From: a virus
Taxonomy: Duplodnaviria > Caudoviricetes
IMG/VR virus record: IMGVR_UViG_3300033487_000024
Coordinates: 1-35,834 of that record
DNA: 35,834 nt
Reading direction: 5' to 3' (one strand)
Shown one piece after another: positions 27,601 through 35,492 of the stretch. The first letter of the stretch is position 1. Every line of letters starts with the position of its first letter. The position numbers were made by a program, and so were the translations under genes. A model generated the notes under the pieces. It ran no database searches. It saw nothing but the letters and a program-made list of their open reading frames with translations, and had not been told where the DNA came from.

Positions 27601-30600
27601 GCACGAACGCCAGCCCCGCGATTCTCGTTCACCGTCGAGCGGACGGAACGCTCTGGGTTGCGGACGGGCATCAGCGGTACGGCCTCTACAAGCGGCTGTG
27701 GAAGGACGGCAAGGATCTCCTGCCGCTTGTGGCGGAAGTCATCGACGAGGCGGAGGGCTGGACGGTGCCGATGGTGCGCCGGTACGCCTCTGTCCGCAAC
27801 GTCATGAACGGCAGCGCCGACGTGGTGGACATCGCCAAGCTGATTCGAGCCGGGGGAGAACTCAGCGCGTTTGAAGAGAGCATGATCCCGACCGGCGCGG
27901 AGAGCATGGCGGGGCCGAAGTACCGCACCGCTCAGGCTATCGCGAAACTTGGCGACGACGCTTTCCAAGCCGTCGTCAACGGGCAGACGAAGCCGGAGTA
28001 CGCGGCGATAGTGCCCACGTACTTCACGAATCAGGGCGCACAGAACGCCGTCATCGCCGCGCTCGCGAAGAAGAAGCCGGAGTCGATTGACGCGGCAGAG
28101 GCGCTCGTTCTCGGGATGCGAGACGGGTTGCTCAAGCGTGCAGAAGAAGGCGCACAGTTGTCGATGTTCGACATCATCGGCGGCAAGGACGCGAAGTTCG
28201 AGTCGCTACTCGACAAGCACGCCAGCCTCATCGCGGAAGTTCGCTCGGGCCTGAAGTCTCAGCGTTCCGCGTTCCAGAACGCGCTGAAGAACGCCGGACG
28301 ACTCGAAGAGGCGGGGAACGTCCTCGCAGGAGAAGCAAACAAGGCGCTCTCGGACGAAGCCAAGCAGCTTCTCCTGTACTACGACAAGTACAAGAACCTT
28401 CGCGGTTCCCACACGAACAGGACGCTCATCGAATCGGCGCAGGAGATCTCGAATGGAACGCTCAACAAGCAATCCGCCGTTCAACGAGTCTACGATGCCC
28501 TCCGCCGGGACATCGAAACCGGGGGCGAGGGTGCCGGGAACGCCGTTGCCACCGACTTCGCCCCGGCCGGACAGCCCGATGTACCGGGAAGCCCTGCTCC
28601 GGTTCAAGAGCCAGTTGGAGCAGTACAGCCAGCGGCAAAGCCAGCCCAAGAACCTGTAGCGCCCGTCGCAGAGGCGAAGCCGCCGGTCCCGGTCGAAGTG
28701 AAGCCGCCGGAGCCGGTGCCGGACATGGAGCAACCGGCGCTCTTCACGCCGGACGAGATTCTCGGCATCCCGCCGAAGCCGGAACCGCCGAAGAACGTCG
28801 AGGGGATTCTCGAATCGAAGCCCGTTGCTCCGGTTCAGGCAGAGAAGCCCCAGAACGTCGAGGGCATCCTCGGCCGCGACTACAAGCAAAGCACGCCGGA
28901 AGAGTACCGCGTGATGCGCGAAGCTCGGGATGCTGTGTTCGACGCCGCCTCTCTGCGCGGACTGCGCGACCGGCTGATTGGCGAAGACGAGAAGGCCAAG
29001 GCGCTCTTCCCGCAGGGCGGGGCCGATGCCGTCGTCAACTACTGGAAGAACCTCCAGAGCGAGATCGAACAGGCTCCGCTCATCGAAGGCATCGGCACGG
29101 AGAAGCGGCAGTACATCAAGGGCGACACGGGCGAGTACGCGCTGGTTCCGCAGAAGGGATACGTTCAGGTCCGGTTCAAACAGGTGCCCTCGAAGGAGCA
29201 ACTCGCCATCCTGAAGGAAGTGCGGACGAACTCCATTGGACGCCAGAAGCCGCTCTTCAAGCGGAACGCCACGGACGGCTACTGGTACGGCAACATCGAA
29301 GGCGACCAGAACCAGTGGGGCGGATTCAAGCAGGACGACCTCGAAGCCGCCGCACGCAGGGCGCTCGGACTCGGAGAGAAGGAAGCGGGGCCAGTCGTCG
29401 AGACGCCGCCGCCAGCGGCAGAAGGTCCGAAGAGCGCAGCCGTCAAGATGATGTTGACGGTGGACGAGCGCCAGCAACTCGCGGACCTTGGCTATTCGCG
29501 TGCCGACATCGACGCCATGAAGCCCGACGAGGGCGCGGCGATTATCGCGGCCGGAACGACGAAACCGCTCTCCGCTCCGGTGGACGTGCAGACCAAGATC
29601 GGCATCGAGCCGACACTTCCCGGCATGGCTGAAGGTGTGGGCGCTCCGAAGGCTGAAGCGCCACCGCTCGCGGAAGTGCCCTTCGCGCTTCAGGCGGAGA
29701 CGGGCACGGGCGAGCCGGTGCAGCAGGACATGCTCCCGAAGGGGCCGATCACGGCGAAGCCTCAGACGGCCGAACAGCTTCTCGGGTCGGTGCCTCCGAA
29801 CAAGAAGAAGCCGGATCGCTGGGAAGGCGTTCCGCCGCACCTTCGGCAAGCTATCGAACTCCACGAGCGAGCCGCTCGCGGTGAGCAGATCACGGATGAA
29901 GTCCTGAAGCAGTACCCCGACTACGTGCAGCGGAACGTCAGGATCCAGCAGCAGCACGCAGCGGAGCGACGAGTCATCGAACAGAGGGCATACGAGTTCT
30001 CGAAGACGCATGAAGTGACGTTCACGCCGGAGCAGATCGCCGCCGCACACGCCTTCGCACATCAGAGCGAAGCGTGGTGGGGGAAGATGTTCCAGCGGCT
30101 CCCGAACAAGCCGGACATGCCGGAGACGCTCACGCTCGCGGAAGCGCAGTCTCCGAATCCGCCGCAGACCGGCAAGCCGCAGCGGACGGACACCGGCAAG
30201 GCGCTCCCGCCAGCAGAGGGATTCCCGTCGCGAGTGCCGCAGAGTCTCGAACGGAAGATGGAAGCGGCGATTGAGGCGGGAGACTTCGAGCAGTACCAGC
30301 GGTACCTCGAATACCTGAGCGAGATCACCTTCGGCACTCAGGCTCGGAACAACAAGAAGGATACGAAGCTGTCGTCTGTCGGCTTCATGGGCACGCAAGT
30401 CCTCAGTGACATGCTGGAGCGCAATCCGAAGGCGTTCTGGAATCTCATGCGGATCGCGGTCCCGGCTGTGGGCGGAGCGGCGCTGGACGACGAAGACCCC
30501 CGGCGCGGTTTCATCCGGGGCGCGTTGCTCGGGCTGGGAACCAACATGGCGATGTCGGCCAACGTGCGAGCGGAAGCGGCTCGCGTAGGCAAGGCTATCG

Positions 30601-32381
30601 CCACGATGAAATCGACCGCTGCCGAACTCCAAGGTGCGGTGAAGCTCCGCGCTCCGGCAGACCCGCTGAAGGACATGAGTCTGTGGTCGATGTATCGGCC
30701 CGGATTCTTCGAGAAGAACGCGCCAGAAGCCTTCGCTCGCTACTTGAAGGTCATGGACGAGTACAACTACATGGCGCACTACGGCGGGTTGGCTGAAGCC
30801 CCCGAACGTGTGCAGCAGTACGCGGCTCGTCAGGCGATTCACAAGGTTGTCACCGAACTCCGCGCCTACGCGAAGGAGATTGAGAAAGCCCAGCCCCGGC
30901 GTGCGGCCTACGTGCGTGAAGGCGCGGACGCGCTGGCGAAGAAGCCGACGAAGATGCAGCTTGCGGTCAAGGAAGCGATGTCCCCCATCAAGGAAGTGGA
31001 CAACGCTTTCTTCGAGCGCAACGTGGGCACGAACATCTACCGCGTCCTGACCGGCTACGCCGTGTCTACCGCGCTTCAGAACCTCACGCAGCCGATCCTG
31101 TCGCTCCGCCACGTCCAACTGAAGGATCTGGCATGGGCGTACAGCGTGGCGAACTCCGATTGGGCGAAGTCGATCACGAAGCACATCGACATTCACCGGC
31201 CGATGGATCTCGCAGAAGAGGCTGGCGTTCAGATCTCGAAGAAGACGAAGGAGTACACCGGCTGGAAGAAGTGGGTCATGGACCCGCACGCGATGCTCAT
31301 GGAGTCGGACAAGATGAACCGCCGCGTCGTCTACTTGGCGGCGATGAAACAGGCGGAGCGGCGCGGCCTCATGGGTCCGTATCAGGAGGAGTGGTCACGG
31401 GCGGTTGCCAACAAGACGTTCTCGGAAGCGTTCCGGTCGGAAGCAGACAAGTGGGCGCGTGGCGTGATGCGCGAGACGCAGGGCGACGTGGGGCCGCTCT
31501 CGTTCAACCCGAACTGGCGCGGTCCGATTGGCGGCAGCATCAAGCCGTTCATGAAGTTCCCGACGCTTCTCGTCGAGAACCTGATGCACTCGCTGTCGCA
31601 GCCGGACAAGACCGGGCGTGCGCGATTCCTCGCGTCCGTCTTCGTTGTGGCAGCGACGGGCCGGATGCTCGGCATCGACTTCGAGGACATCCTGCTCATG
31701 GGCGGTCGGCCAATGGGGATCGACATTACTGACCCCAAGAAGACCGTCGAGAATTGGGCCACCGGCCAGCAGTTCCCCGTGGTGCGTGTGGCACAGGACA
31801 TCGGGAAACACTGGAGGGGCGAGGCGAATCACGTCATGATTCCTCGTCACCTCGACGAGATCCTCGACTCCGACGCGCTCTACTACGGGGCCGGACGCTG
31901 GCCGACGCAGACGCTTCAGACGGCCAAGCGGACCTACCGCTCCGACATCGAACCGACGATGGAAGGACGTGAGCGCGAGCCGCACATGAAGCGCACTCCC
32001 AGCGGGGCCGCGAACGAACTCTCACTCGGAGAGGATCTCGCCAATCTGCTCGGCTTCAAGTCCACACGGCAGACCAAACGCGCTCGCGAACTTGAACGAG
32101 CGACGAGGACTCAGGTCGAAGACCAAGCGGAGAACATCGCGTGGTCGAAGGACATGGCGAGGCGCATCCGATACGCGCTCGACAACAAGGATTGGGAACT
32201 GCTCGACAAGTTGGTCACGGAATACAACGAGCGCAAGCGAAGCTCGAAGGCTGGAGCGGCCGTGATCAAGGCGGCACAGGCGGATCGCTTCCAGCGGTTG
32301 AAGCAGGGCAGCAGTAAAGACATGCAGCGACAGCTTGAAGCGGAACACGGAGAGGCGCTCCGGGCGACCGCGTTGAGGTAA
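24612..32381 (+). CDS. Giant polyvalent ejection protein with embedded ParB-like core
   Basis: 2589 aa. N-terminal glycine-zipper hydrophobic helices, Pro-rich linkers, ParB/Srx motif ILVHRRADGTLWVADGHQR, and a helical C-terminal region typical of large internal virion proteins. Confidence 0.8.
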   Translation: MGPWDYLKYLAGGAKPVERPPLKFTPMQQSEFARLTDPTQDPKVGPGWSYDPKWQPIDESGEPITGRVPTWSDMRPTPVEGVPRYEGGVLGGDPEGWRRDLANLAIKPEEVEWLTRSQEKRDAAVKEAVLTRPDQTEGWDATLKPFRPMMARIGPALTGAIGGGIVGGPVGALVGGFAGGFAGSEMGQTLEERERQTLESDLPQYYDTPAYAALQRQLQNARQEHSTTASVLEGAMNALPLGALRETRFLPRVLKEAGRGAGLGAGSTALLAKTDPGGVVPEGVERGEISLPQVGMGAGMGAAFGGGLGAFAHLVNRNAPPTEPPLTDLRRDFSRFKKQVGLPLTELETYVDSLEARRISERPNPPAPPKPPFYTPISWEGGEEPPPAAFDIIGRGQGGSQTPYVDYLKSLTRRYTAWQEEQARSAANVKPPDAAPAPAEPAPSPAPAGPKARTGASPSAVGKDIAALERQAQALIAQGGPANFAKANDILAEVEKLKTAAAAGAANSPEAGVGAQGRILKPSPGAEEDKLVGDLFAGTPAETPAGPVTPPEAAPVVPSGVTDADVDELSRLLGVKPPMPAAAPVAAPPQKPVKIQELMNEIRRRMIAAYNGAAAAAEAGDMATANVHKEHLQYLTDLSTWIRRGRIGEPPAEPQIPAAPTPVAGVAPRSPSVPPPPAPGTPPSQEPVPIPAGPTTPPMPPGGAGAEATPPPTGETPLQAKMRSETFPILPKEGQPFLPNLPPEEQGAGVPTTATDTLETRRLLNLANQDIDAAGGVVPPKSGPDVVAAQTNKLAAELLGQPEFAGLKFAELVDLLNGARVKPTEPISPRDAQGNLIQRPGTFVQESPTSPQPGHVQMPLKATPGGTPPPAAPRGVSGPPPAGMAPKSVEGILGQPAPASPAAAPVPAQEPIAPMVEGAKLPSWKAKPQPPIQREGAIVPLTPMQGERERIAVLDPRVIGLDPATYQFKGSDAEGWTGSLAGAKAWAEAIDPNTGKRTNASPAILVHRRADGTLWVADGHQRYGLYKRLWKDGKDLLPLVAEVIDEAEGWTVPMVRRYASVRNVMNGSADVVDIAKLIRAGGELSAFEESMIPTGAESMAGPKYRTAQAIAKLGDDAFQAVVNGQTKPEYAAIVPTYFTNQGAQNAVIAALAKKKPESIDAAEALVLGMRDGLLKRAEEGAQLSMFDIIGGKDAKFESLLDKHASLIAEVRSGLKSQRSAFQNALKNAGRLEEAGNVLAGEANKALSDEAKQLLLYYDKYKNLRGSHTNRTLIESAQEISNGTLNKQSAVQRVYDALRRDIETGGEGAGNAVATDFAPAGQPDVPGSPAPVQEPVGAVQPAAKPAQEPVAPVAEAKPPVPVEVKPPEPVPDMEQPALFTPDEILGIPPKPEPPKNVEGILESKPVAPVQAEKPQNVEGILGRDYKQSTPEEYRVMREARDAVFDAASLRGLRDRLIGEDEKAKALFPQGGADAVVNYWKNLQSEIEQAPLIEGIGTEKRQYIKGDTGEYALVPQKGYVQVRFKQVPSKEQLAILKEVRTNSIGRQKPLFKRNATDGYWYGNIEGDQNQWGGFKQDDLEAAARRALGLGEKEAGPVVETPPPAAEGPKSAAVKMMLTVDERQQLADLGYSRADIDAMKPDEGAAIIAAGTTKPLSAPVDVQTKIGIEPTLPGMAEGVGAPKAEAPPLAEVPFALQAETGTGEPVQQDMLPKGPITAKPQTAEQLLGSVPPNKKKPDRWEGVPPHLRQAIELHERAARGEQITDEVLKQYPDYVQRNVRIQQQHAAERRVIEQRAYEFSKTHEVTFTPEQIAAAHAFAHQSEAWWGKMFQRLPNKPDMPETLTLAEAQSPNPPQTGKPQRTDTGKALPPAEGFPSRVPQSLERKMEAAIEAGDFEQYQRYLEYLSEITFGTQARNNKKDTKLSSVGFMGTQVLSDMLERNPKAFWNLMRIAVPAVGGAALDDEDPRRGFIRGALLGLGTNMAMSANVRAEAARVGKAIATMKSTAAELQGAVKLRAPADPLKDMSLWSMYRPGFFEKNAPEAFARYLKVMDEYNYMAHYGGLAEAPERVQQYAARQAIHKVVTELRAYAKEIEKAQPRRAAYVREGADALAKKPTKMQLAVKEAMSPIKEVDNAFFERNVGTNIYRVLTGYAVSTALQNLTQPILSLRHVQLKDLAWAYSVANSDWAKSITKHIDIHRPMDLAEEAGVQISKKTKEYTGWKKWVMDPHAMLMESDKMNRRVVYLAAMKQAERRGLMGPYQEEWSRAVANKTFSEAFRSEADKWARGVMRETQGDVGPLSFNPNWRGPIGGSIKPFMKFPTLLVENLMHSLSQPDKTGRARFLASVFVVAATGRMLGIDFEDILLMGGRPMGIDITDPKKTVENWATGQQFPVVRVAQDIGKHWRGEANHVMIPRHLDEILDSDALYYGAGRWPTQTLQTAKRTYRSDIEPTMEGREREPHMKRTPSGAANELSLGEDLANLLGFKSTRQTKRARELERATRTQVEDQAENIAWSKDMARRIRYALDNKDWELLDKLVTEYNERKRSSKAGAAVIKAAQADRFQRLKQGSSKDMQRQLEAEHGEALRATALR

Positions 32382-32386
32382 CACAG

Positions 32387-32725
32387 ATGTCCCCACGAGA
32401 ATCGGATGCGCTCTCCGGGCCTTGGTACGCAAAGCTCGCAGAGTCGATCCTGAGAACGTCCGGCCCGATGGCGCTACTCACCGTGGCCTTTTCTTGGTTC
32501 GTTATGTGGATCGTTTGGGGATCGCTCCAGACGATCAAGGACACGCAGCTTCTCATCAGGAACGACATCGCTCAGGCCGGAGCGAGAATGACCGCGTTCG
32601 CCGCCCAGCAAGACCAATTCAACGAGGGCAGATCGATTCTGCTCGAAAAGCAGCTTGCCATCCTTCGGCAGTTGTGCGTGAATAGCTCTCGAACGGAGGC
32701 GGCGATCAAGGCGTGCGTCCAATAG
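32387..32725 (+). CDS. Membrane protein (holin/antiholin-like)
   Basis: One TM helix (MALLTVAFSWFVMWIVWG) followed by a coiled coil and two C-terminal Cys. GAGGT RBS. Confidence 0.6.
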   Translation: MSPRESDALSGPWYAKLAESILRTSGPMALLTVAFSWFVMWIVWGSLQTIKDTQLLIRNDIAQAGARMTAFAAQQDQFNEGRSILLEKQLAILRQLCVNSSRTEAAIKACVQ

Positions 32726-32733
32726 AGGCAGTT

Positions 32734-32847
32734 ATGAACTGCAAAGGACGCCTCTGTGTGGCAATCGGGACCGTGGTTCTAGGCTGGCTGTTGCTCGCGC
32801 TGGGAATCGTGCGTGCGCTGGCAATAGCCCCCGCGCTGCTACATTGA
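32734..32847 (+). CDS. 37-aa single-TM peptide (below the ORF-track cutoff)
   Basis: GAGG RBS. MNCKGRLCVAIGTVVLGWLLLALGIVRALAIAPALLH fills the gap in the lysis block. Confidence 0.5.
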   Translation: MNCKGRLCVAIGTVVLGWLLLALGIVRALAIAPALLH

Positions 32848-32878
32848 GACGCAATCGGAAACGAAAGGACTGTGCCCC

Positions 32879-33109
32879 ATGACGATCAGTAGGGATAGCT
32901 GGCTCCTTACCCTGACGCTCGTCGCCTCAGTCGCTCTGTGGCTGTCGAGTCTCGCGGCCCCGTGGGAATGGACGTGGCAACAGTGGATGGGGAACGTCGC
33001 TGTCGCCATCGGCATGATCGTCGCCAAGCTCTCATCGTACCCGGACTTCATGGCAACCAAGCAAGATGTCAAGGACAAGGAGGAGGGAAGTGATCCGAAC
33101 AGACCGTAG
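32879..33109 (+). CDS. Putative holin (2 TM, charged C-tail)
   Basis: 76 aa with two hydrophobic helices and a KQDVKDKEE tail. AAGGA RBS. Confidence 0.65.
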   Translation: MTISRDSWLLTLTLVASVALWLSSLAAPWEWTWQQWMGNVAVAIGMIVAKLSSYPDFMATKQDVKDKEEGSDPNRP

Positions 33110-33536
33110 AAGGCGTCTTCTCATCGGGTGGGCACTCGTCCTCACGCTCGCACTCTCCGCTTGCGCCAACAAGAAACTCGCGACCCAGATCGACCAGAGC
33201 CTCGTCACGTCGATGGCGGCGTTGCAGGATTCTCTCGTCGCCTTTCACAAGGGCGGGAAGATCAGCGACGACACCTACGGCAAGATCATGTACCAGATGG
33301 GATCGCTCTGGCGGCTGGCGGGGCAGTACAACATCCTCATTCGAGACTGGCCCGGAACCGGAGCGCCTCCGAAGGAACTCGCCAAGATCGCGGGTGACAT
33401 CGCTGGCACGGTTCGCATCGTCATCGGCCTACTGCCTGATACCGATACGGCCTCACTGAAGTCGGCGGAGCAGATCCTCGCCATCGTCGAGGGTGTGCTG
33501 AAAATGGTGGGAGGTGATCATGTCGCCGCTCACTGA
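33090..33536 (+). CDS. Lipoprotein (spanin-like)
   Basis: GGAGG before GTG 33090; RRRR, hydrophobic core and lipobox LSAC; all-helical mature part. Confidence 0.65.
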   Translation: MIRTDRRRRLLIGWALVLTLALSACANKKLATQIDQSLVTSMAALQDSLVAFHKGGKISDDTYGKIMYQMGSLWRLAGQYNILIRDWPGTGAPPKELAKIAGDIAGTVRIVIGLLPDTDTASLKSAEQILAIVEGVLKMVGGDHVAAH

Positions 33537-33741
33537 GCAGCAGATGGCAGGGATCGTTCAGTGGGTCCAGATCGGGCAGCTTCTCGTGCCGATCATCGTG
33601 ACAGGTGTCGAGAACTTGATCGAGATCTTCAAGTCGGCAGGGGTTGACCCGGCCATCTACGCCTACCTTCAGGGCATCATCGAGAACAAGCAGCAGCAAG
33701 CCGACGCGGAAGCAGCGGCCCACGGCTACCCCCGCAAGTAA
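33520..33741 (+). CDS. Small helical/membrane-associated protein
   Basis: GGAGGT RBS, ATG 33520, overlaps the end of the lipoprotein gene. Confidence 0.65.
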   Translation: MSPLTEQQMAGIVQWVQIGQLLVPIIVTGVENLIEIFKSAGVDPAIYAYLQGIIENKQQQADAEAAAHGYPRK

Positions 33742-33744
33742 ACG

Positions 33745-33782
33745 TAAGCCGGTCAGGTTGGGACGTGATCCTGACCGGCTTA
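33745..33782. terminator. Bidirectional terminator hairpin between convergent blocks
   Basis: TAAGCCGGTCAGG/CCTGACCGGCTTA perfect 13-bp inverted repeat just after the last + strand stop. Confidence 0.8.
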
Positions 33783-33854
33783 TTCCGTCGATTGTGACCC
33801 AGAGACGACGGCGACTCTGCCCTAGCGCGAGGACGGGGGACGCCCCCGCGATGG

Positions 33855-34013
33855 TCAGTCTTTGGGGAACAGCGCGTCCAACTTGTCGAACGTCCCGACC
33901 GGATCGCGCCGAAGTTCACCCGCGATGCCTTCGAGAATCGACGCGAGGAACGGTGCCCACAACATCGGGTTTCCCTTGAACCAGCCCCACACGGTCGTCA
34001 ACCAGCCAGTCAT
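33855..34013 (-). CDS. 52-aa amphipathic/membrane protein
   Basis: GGAGGG before ATG 34013; MTGWLTTVWGWFKGNPMLWAPFLASIL... Confidence 0.6.
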   Translation of the reverse strand: MTGWLTTVWGWFKGNPMLWAPFLASILEGIAGELRRDPVGTFDKLDALFPKD

Positions 34014-34024
34014 GTTCCCTCCAA

Positions 34025-34072
34025 TCACCGAAGAATCCGCAACCAGCAGAGGAGCCGCTTCCACCAACTCAT
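34025..34072 (-). CDS. 15-aa cationic peptide MSWWKRLLCWLRILR
   Basis: ATGA-coupled to the stop of 34069-34434, and ends just before the next RBS. Confidence 0.4.
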   Translation of the reverse strand: MSWWKRLLCWLRILR

Positions 34073-34434
34073 CGACGGAGAACAGGCGCAGCCGGAGGCA
34101 TCGGGGCACGGGTAAAAGGGTTGCTCGCTTCGCTCCACTCGGAACAGATGGTATCCGCGCACGCCTTCATCTTGGCGGTGTAGGCTCCAAAACCCAGCGG
34201 CGTCGAGGAGATCGGCAGCAACACCGTGTTCGTGGGATCCGGCGTGCCCAGCGGTAAGTCGTACTGTTGCATCGGATCCGTTGCTCCGGCAGCGAAGTAG
34301 CCAATCACGTACTTCGTCAGCCGTGAGTGGTCCGCGCTCGCGGTGAACGAGACGGCGGTCGGATTGATCACCGCCTGAGCCGATGCCAGAGCCGCCACCA
34401 GAACGAACGCAACGACGAGGGCCGCGTATCGCAT
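34069..34434 (-). CDS. Secreted Ig/FN3-like protein
   Basis: Signal peptide MRYAALVVAFVLVAALASA; strands VSFTAS, YVIGYF, YTAKMKA and SEWSEASNPF as in FN3 domains. Confidence 0.7.
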   Translation of the reverse strand: MRYAALVVAFVLVAALASAQAVINPTAVSFTASADHSRLTKYVIGYFAAGATDPMQQYDLPLGTPDPTNTVLLPISSTPLGFGAYTAKMKACADTICSEWSEASNPFTRAPMPPAAPVLRR

Positions 34435-34598
34435 TTCTCAAACCTCTCATTCATCACCCTGATTGCCTCTCGCGCCTCGTCGTCGGTGACAGGACGAGCG
34501 AGGACGACCTGTACCCAGTACTTCACATGAGACAGATGATACAGCCCCGGAGGTAGGCTGGATCGTCGAAGTGTTCGTTTGTTACGCCACGTCAGCAT
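34368..34598 (-). CDS. Hypothetical protein
   Basis: 76 aa with AGGT before ATG and a W/R-rich C-terminus overlapping the next gene. Confidence 0.55.
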   Translation of the reverse strand: MLTWRNKRTLRRSSLPPGLYHLSHVKYWVQVVLARPVTDDEAREAIRVMNERFEKCDTRPSSLRSFWWRLWHRLRR

Positions 34599-34604
34599 GG
34601 GTAC

Positions 34605-34829
34605 CTACTGTCCAAACGCCGCTTTCTTCAACGCCACCTGTCGCAAGCAGTCCTTCCGGTGTCCGCGACTATGCTTGTGCGTCTTCTTGTACGCCGAACT
34701 CGACCTGTCGAACTCGGCGGGAGAGAGGTTGCCACACCACGGGCAGTACTCGTCTCCGTTCTCGTTGTGGATGTACTCGACCGCTTCGAGCGCAGAGGCG
34801 AGGAACTCTAACGCCTCAGATCTCGACAT
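34605..34829 (-). CDS. Small putative Zn-binding protein
   Basis: CPWC...HRKDC ligand set. The start overlaps the end of the endolysin gene. Confidence 0.65.
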   Translation of the reverse strand: MSRSEALEFLASALEAVEYIHNENGDEYCPWCGNLSPAEFDRSSSAYKKTHKHSRGHRKDCLRQVALKKAAFGQ

Positions 34830-35214
34830 GCCCCAAGTCCCCTTTCATCGTCTTCCAGTCCCCACCCCACTTCAACCCCAGCGCCTTCGCGTTCTCTCCG
34901 AACGCCTTCCACGGGAGCTTCGAGTCCCACGGCGACGGGCCGATGAAGGCGAAATCGACCGCGTGCCCGTAGCCGTCTTCCTGTGGACAGTGTGTGGCCT
35001 TCGTCAAGTCGGAGCCATCGACGTTCGTGACGATCTTCCCCGGCTTGGTTCTCCCCTGCGCGTACAGCGCGTTCTGCTCTTCCACGGTGCGGACCCCGTT
35101 CGCGATGAACATGGGAAAGCCCAACGTCTCCATCGTGAGCAGGATCGTCTTGCACGCCGCGACGAGTTTCGGATGCACCCCGTCGAGACGCCAGAGGTAC
35201 TGATGGTTTGGCAC
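34816..35214 (-). CDS. M15-family metallopeptidase endolysin (L-Ala-D-Glu peptidase-like)
   Basis: GVHPKL...GVRTVEEQNALYAQGRTKPGKIVTN...TH...GHAVD...LKWGGDW...DLGHVE. Confidence 0.93.
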   Translation of the reverse strand: MPNHQYLWRLDGVHPKLVAACKTILLTMETLGFPMFIANGVRTVEEQNALYAQGRTKPGKIVTNVDGSDLTKATHCPQEDGYGHAVDFAFIGPSPWDSKLPWKAFGENAKALGLKWGGDWKTMKGDLGHVEI

Positions 35215-35222
35215 GGCTCCTC

Positions 35223-35492
35223 CTACGAAAACATCCGGTGATGCACTCGCAAGTCTACAGGCGGTCCCTGCTCTTGCAAGCGTCTCGGCTTCGCCGCCTC
35301 TTTCTCAGCGAGCTTGTCCTCAAGCATCTTCCTGAACGCGGTCTGACTCTCCCGCATCTCGGCCAAATCCTCAATGTCGAAGGTCACGCCATCGAACGCG
35401 CCCCCACACACGTAGTACCGGCCAGCGCGAGCATCGTAGTCGAGCGTCCGCGCTCCGAAGAAGTTCTGCATAAGCGTTGTGAACCCCTTCAT
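35223..35492 (-). CDS. Hypothetical protein
   Basis: 89 aa, directly abutting the DUF1064 stop. Confidence 0.6.
   Translation of the reverse strand: MKGFTTLMQNFFGARTLDYDARAGRYYVCGGAFDGVTFDIEDLAEMRESQTAFRKMLEDKLAEKEAAKPRRLQEQGPPVDLRVHHRMFS

Noticed and set aside
28206-31289. 1027-aa antisense ORF (also 8545-10131, 1169-2350 and 3201-4172)
   Set aside because: These are shadows of strongly codon-biased, GC-rich + strand genes. They are Arg/Leu-rich with no motifs or RBS.
24612-32381. Tape-measure protein or virion RNA polymerase
   Set aside because: No tail tube or sheath genes are present, the protein is Pro-rich without tape-measure periodicity, and no DxDGD or T7-type polymerase motif was recognised.
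2529-33109. Genome-wide TAG stop-codon reassignment
   Set aside because: TAG ends many genes but falls at natural protein ends, usually followed by an SD and start codon or a terminator. Long genes are uninterrupted and there is no suppressor tRNA.
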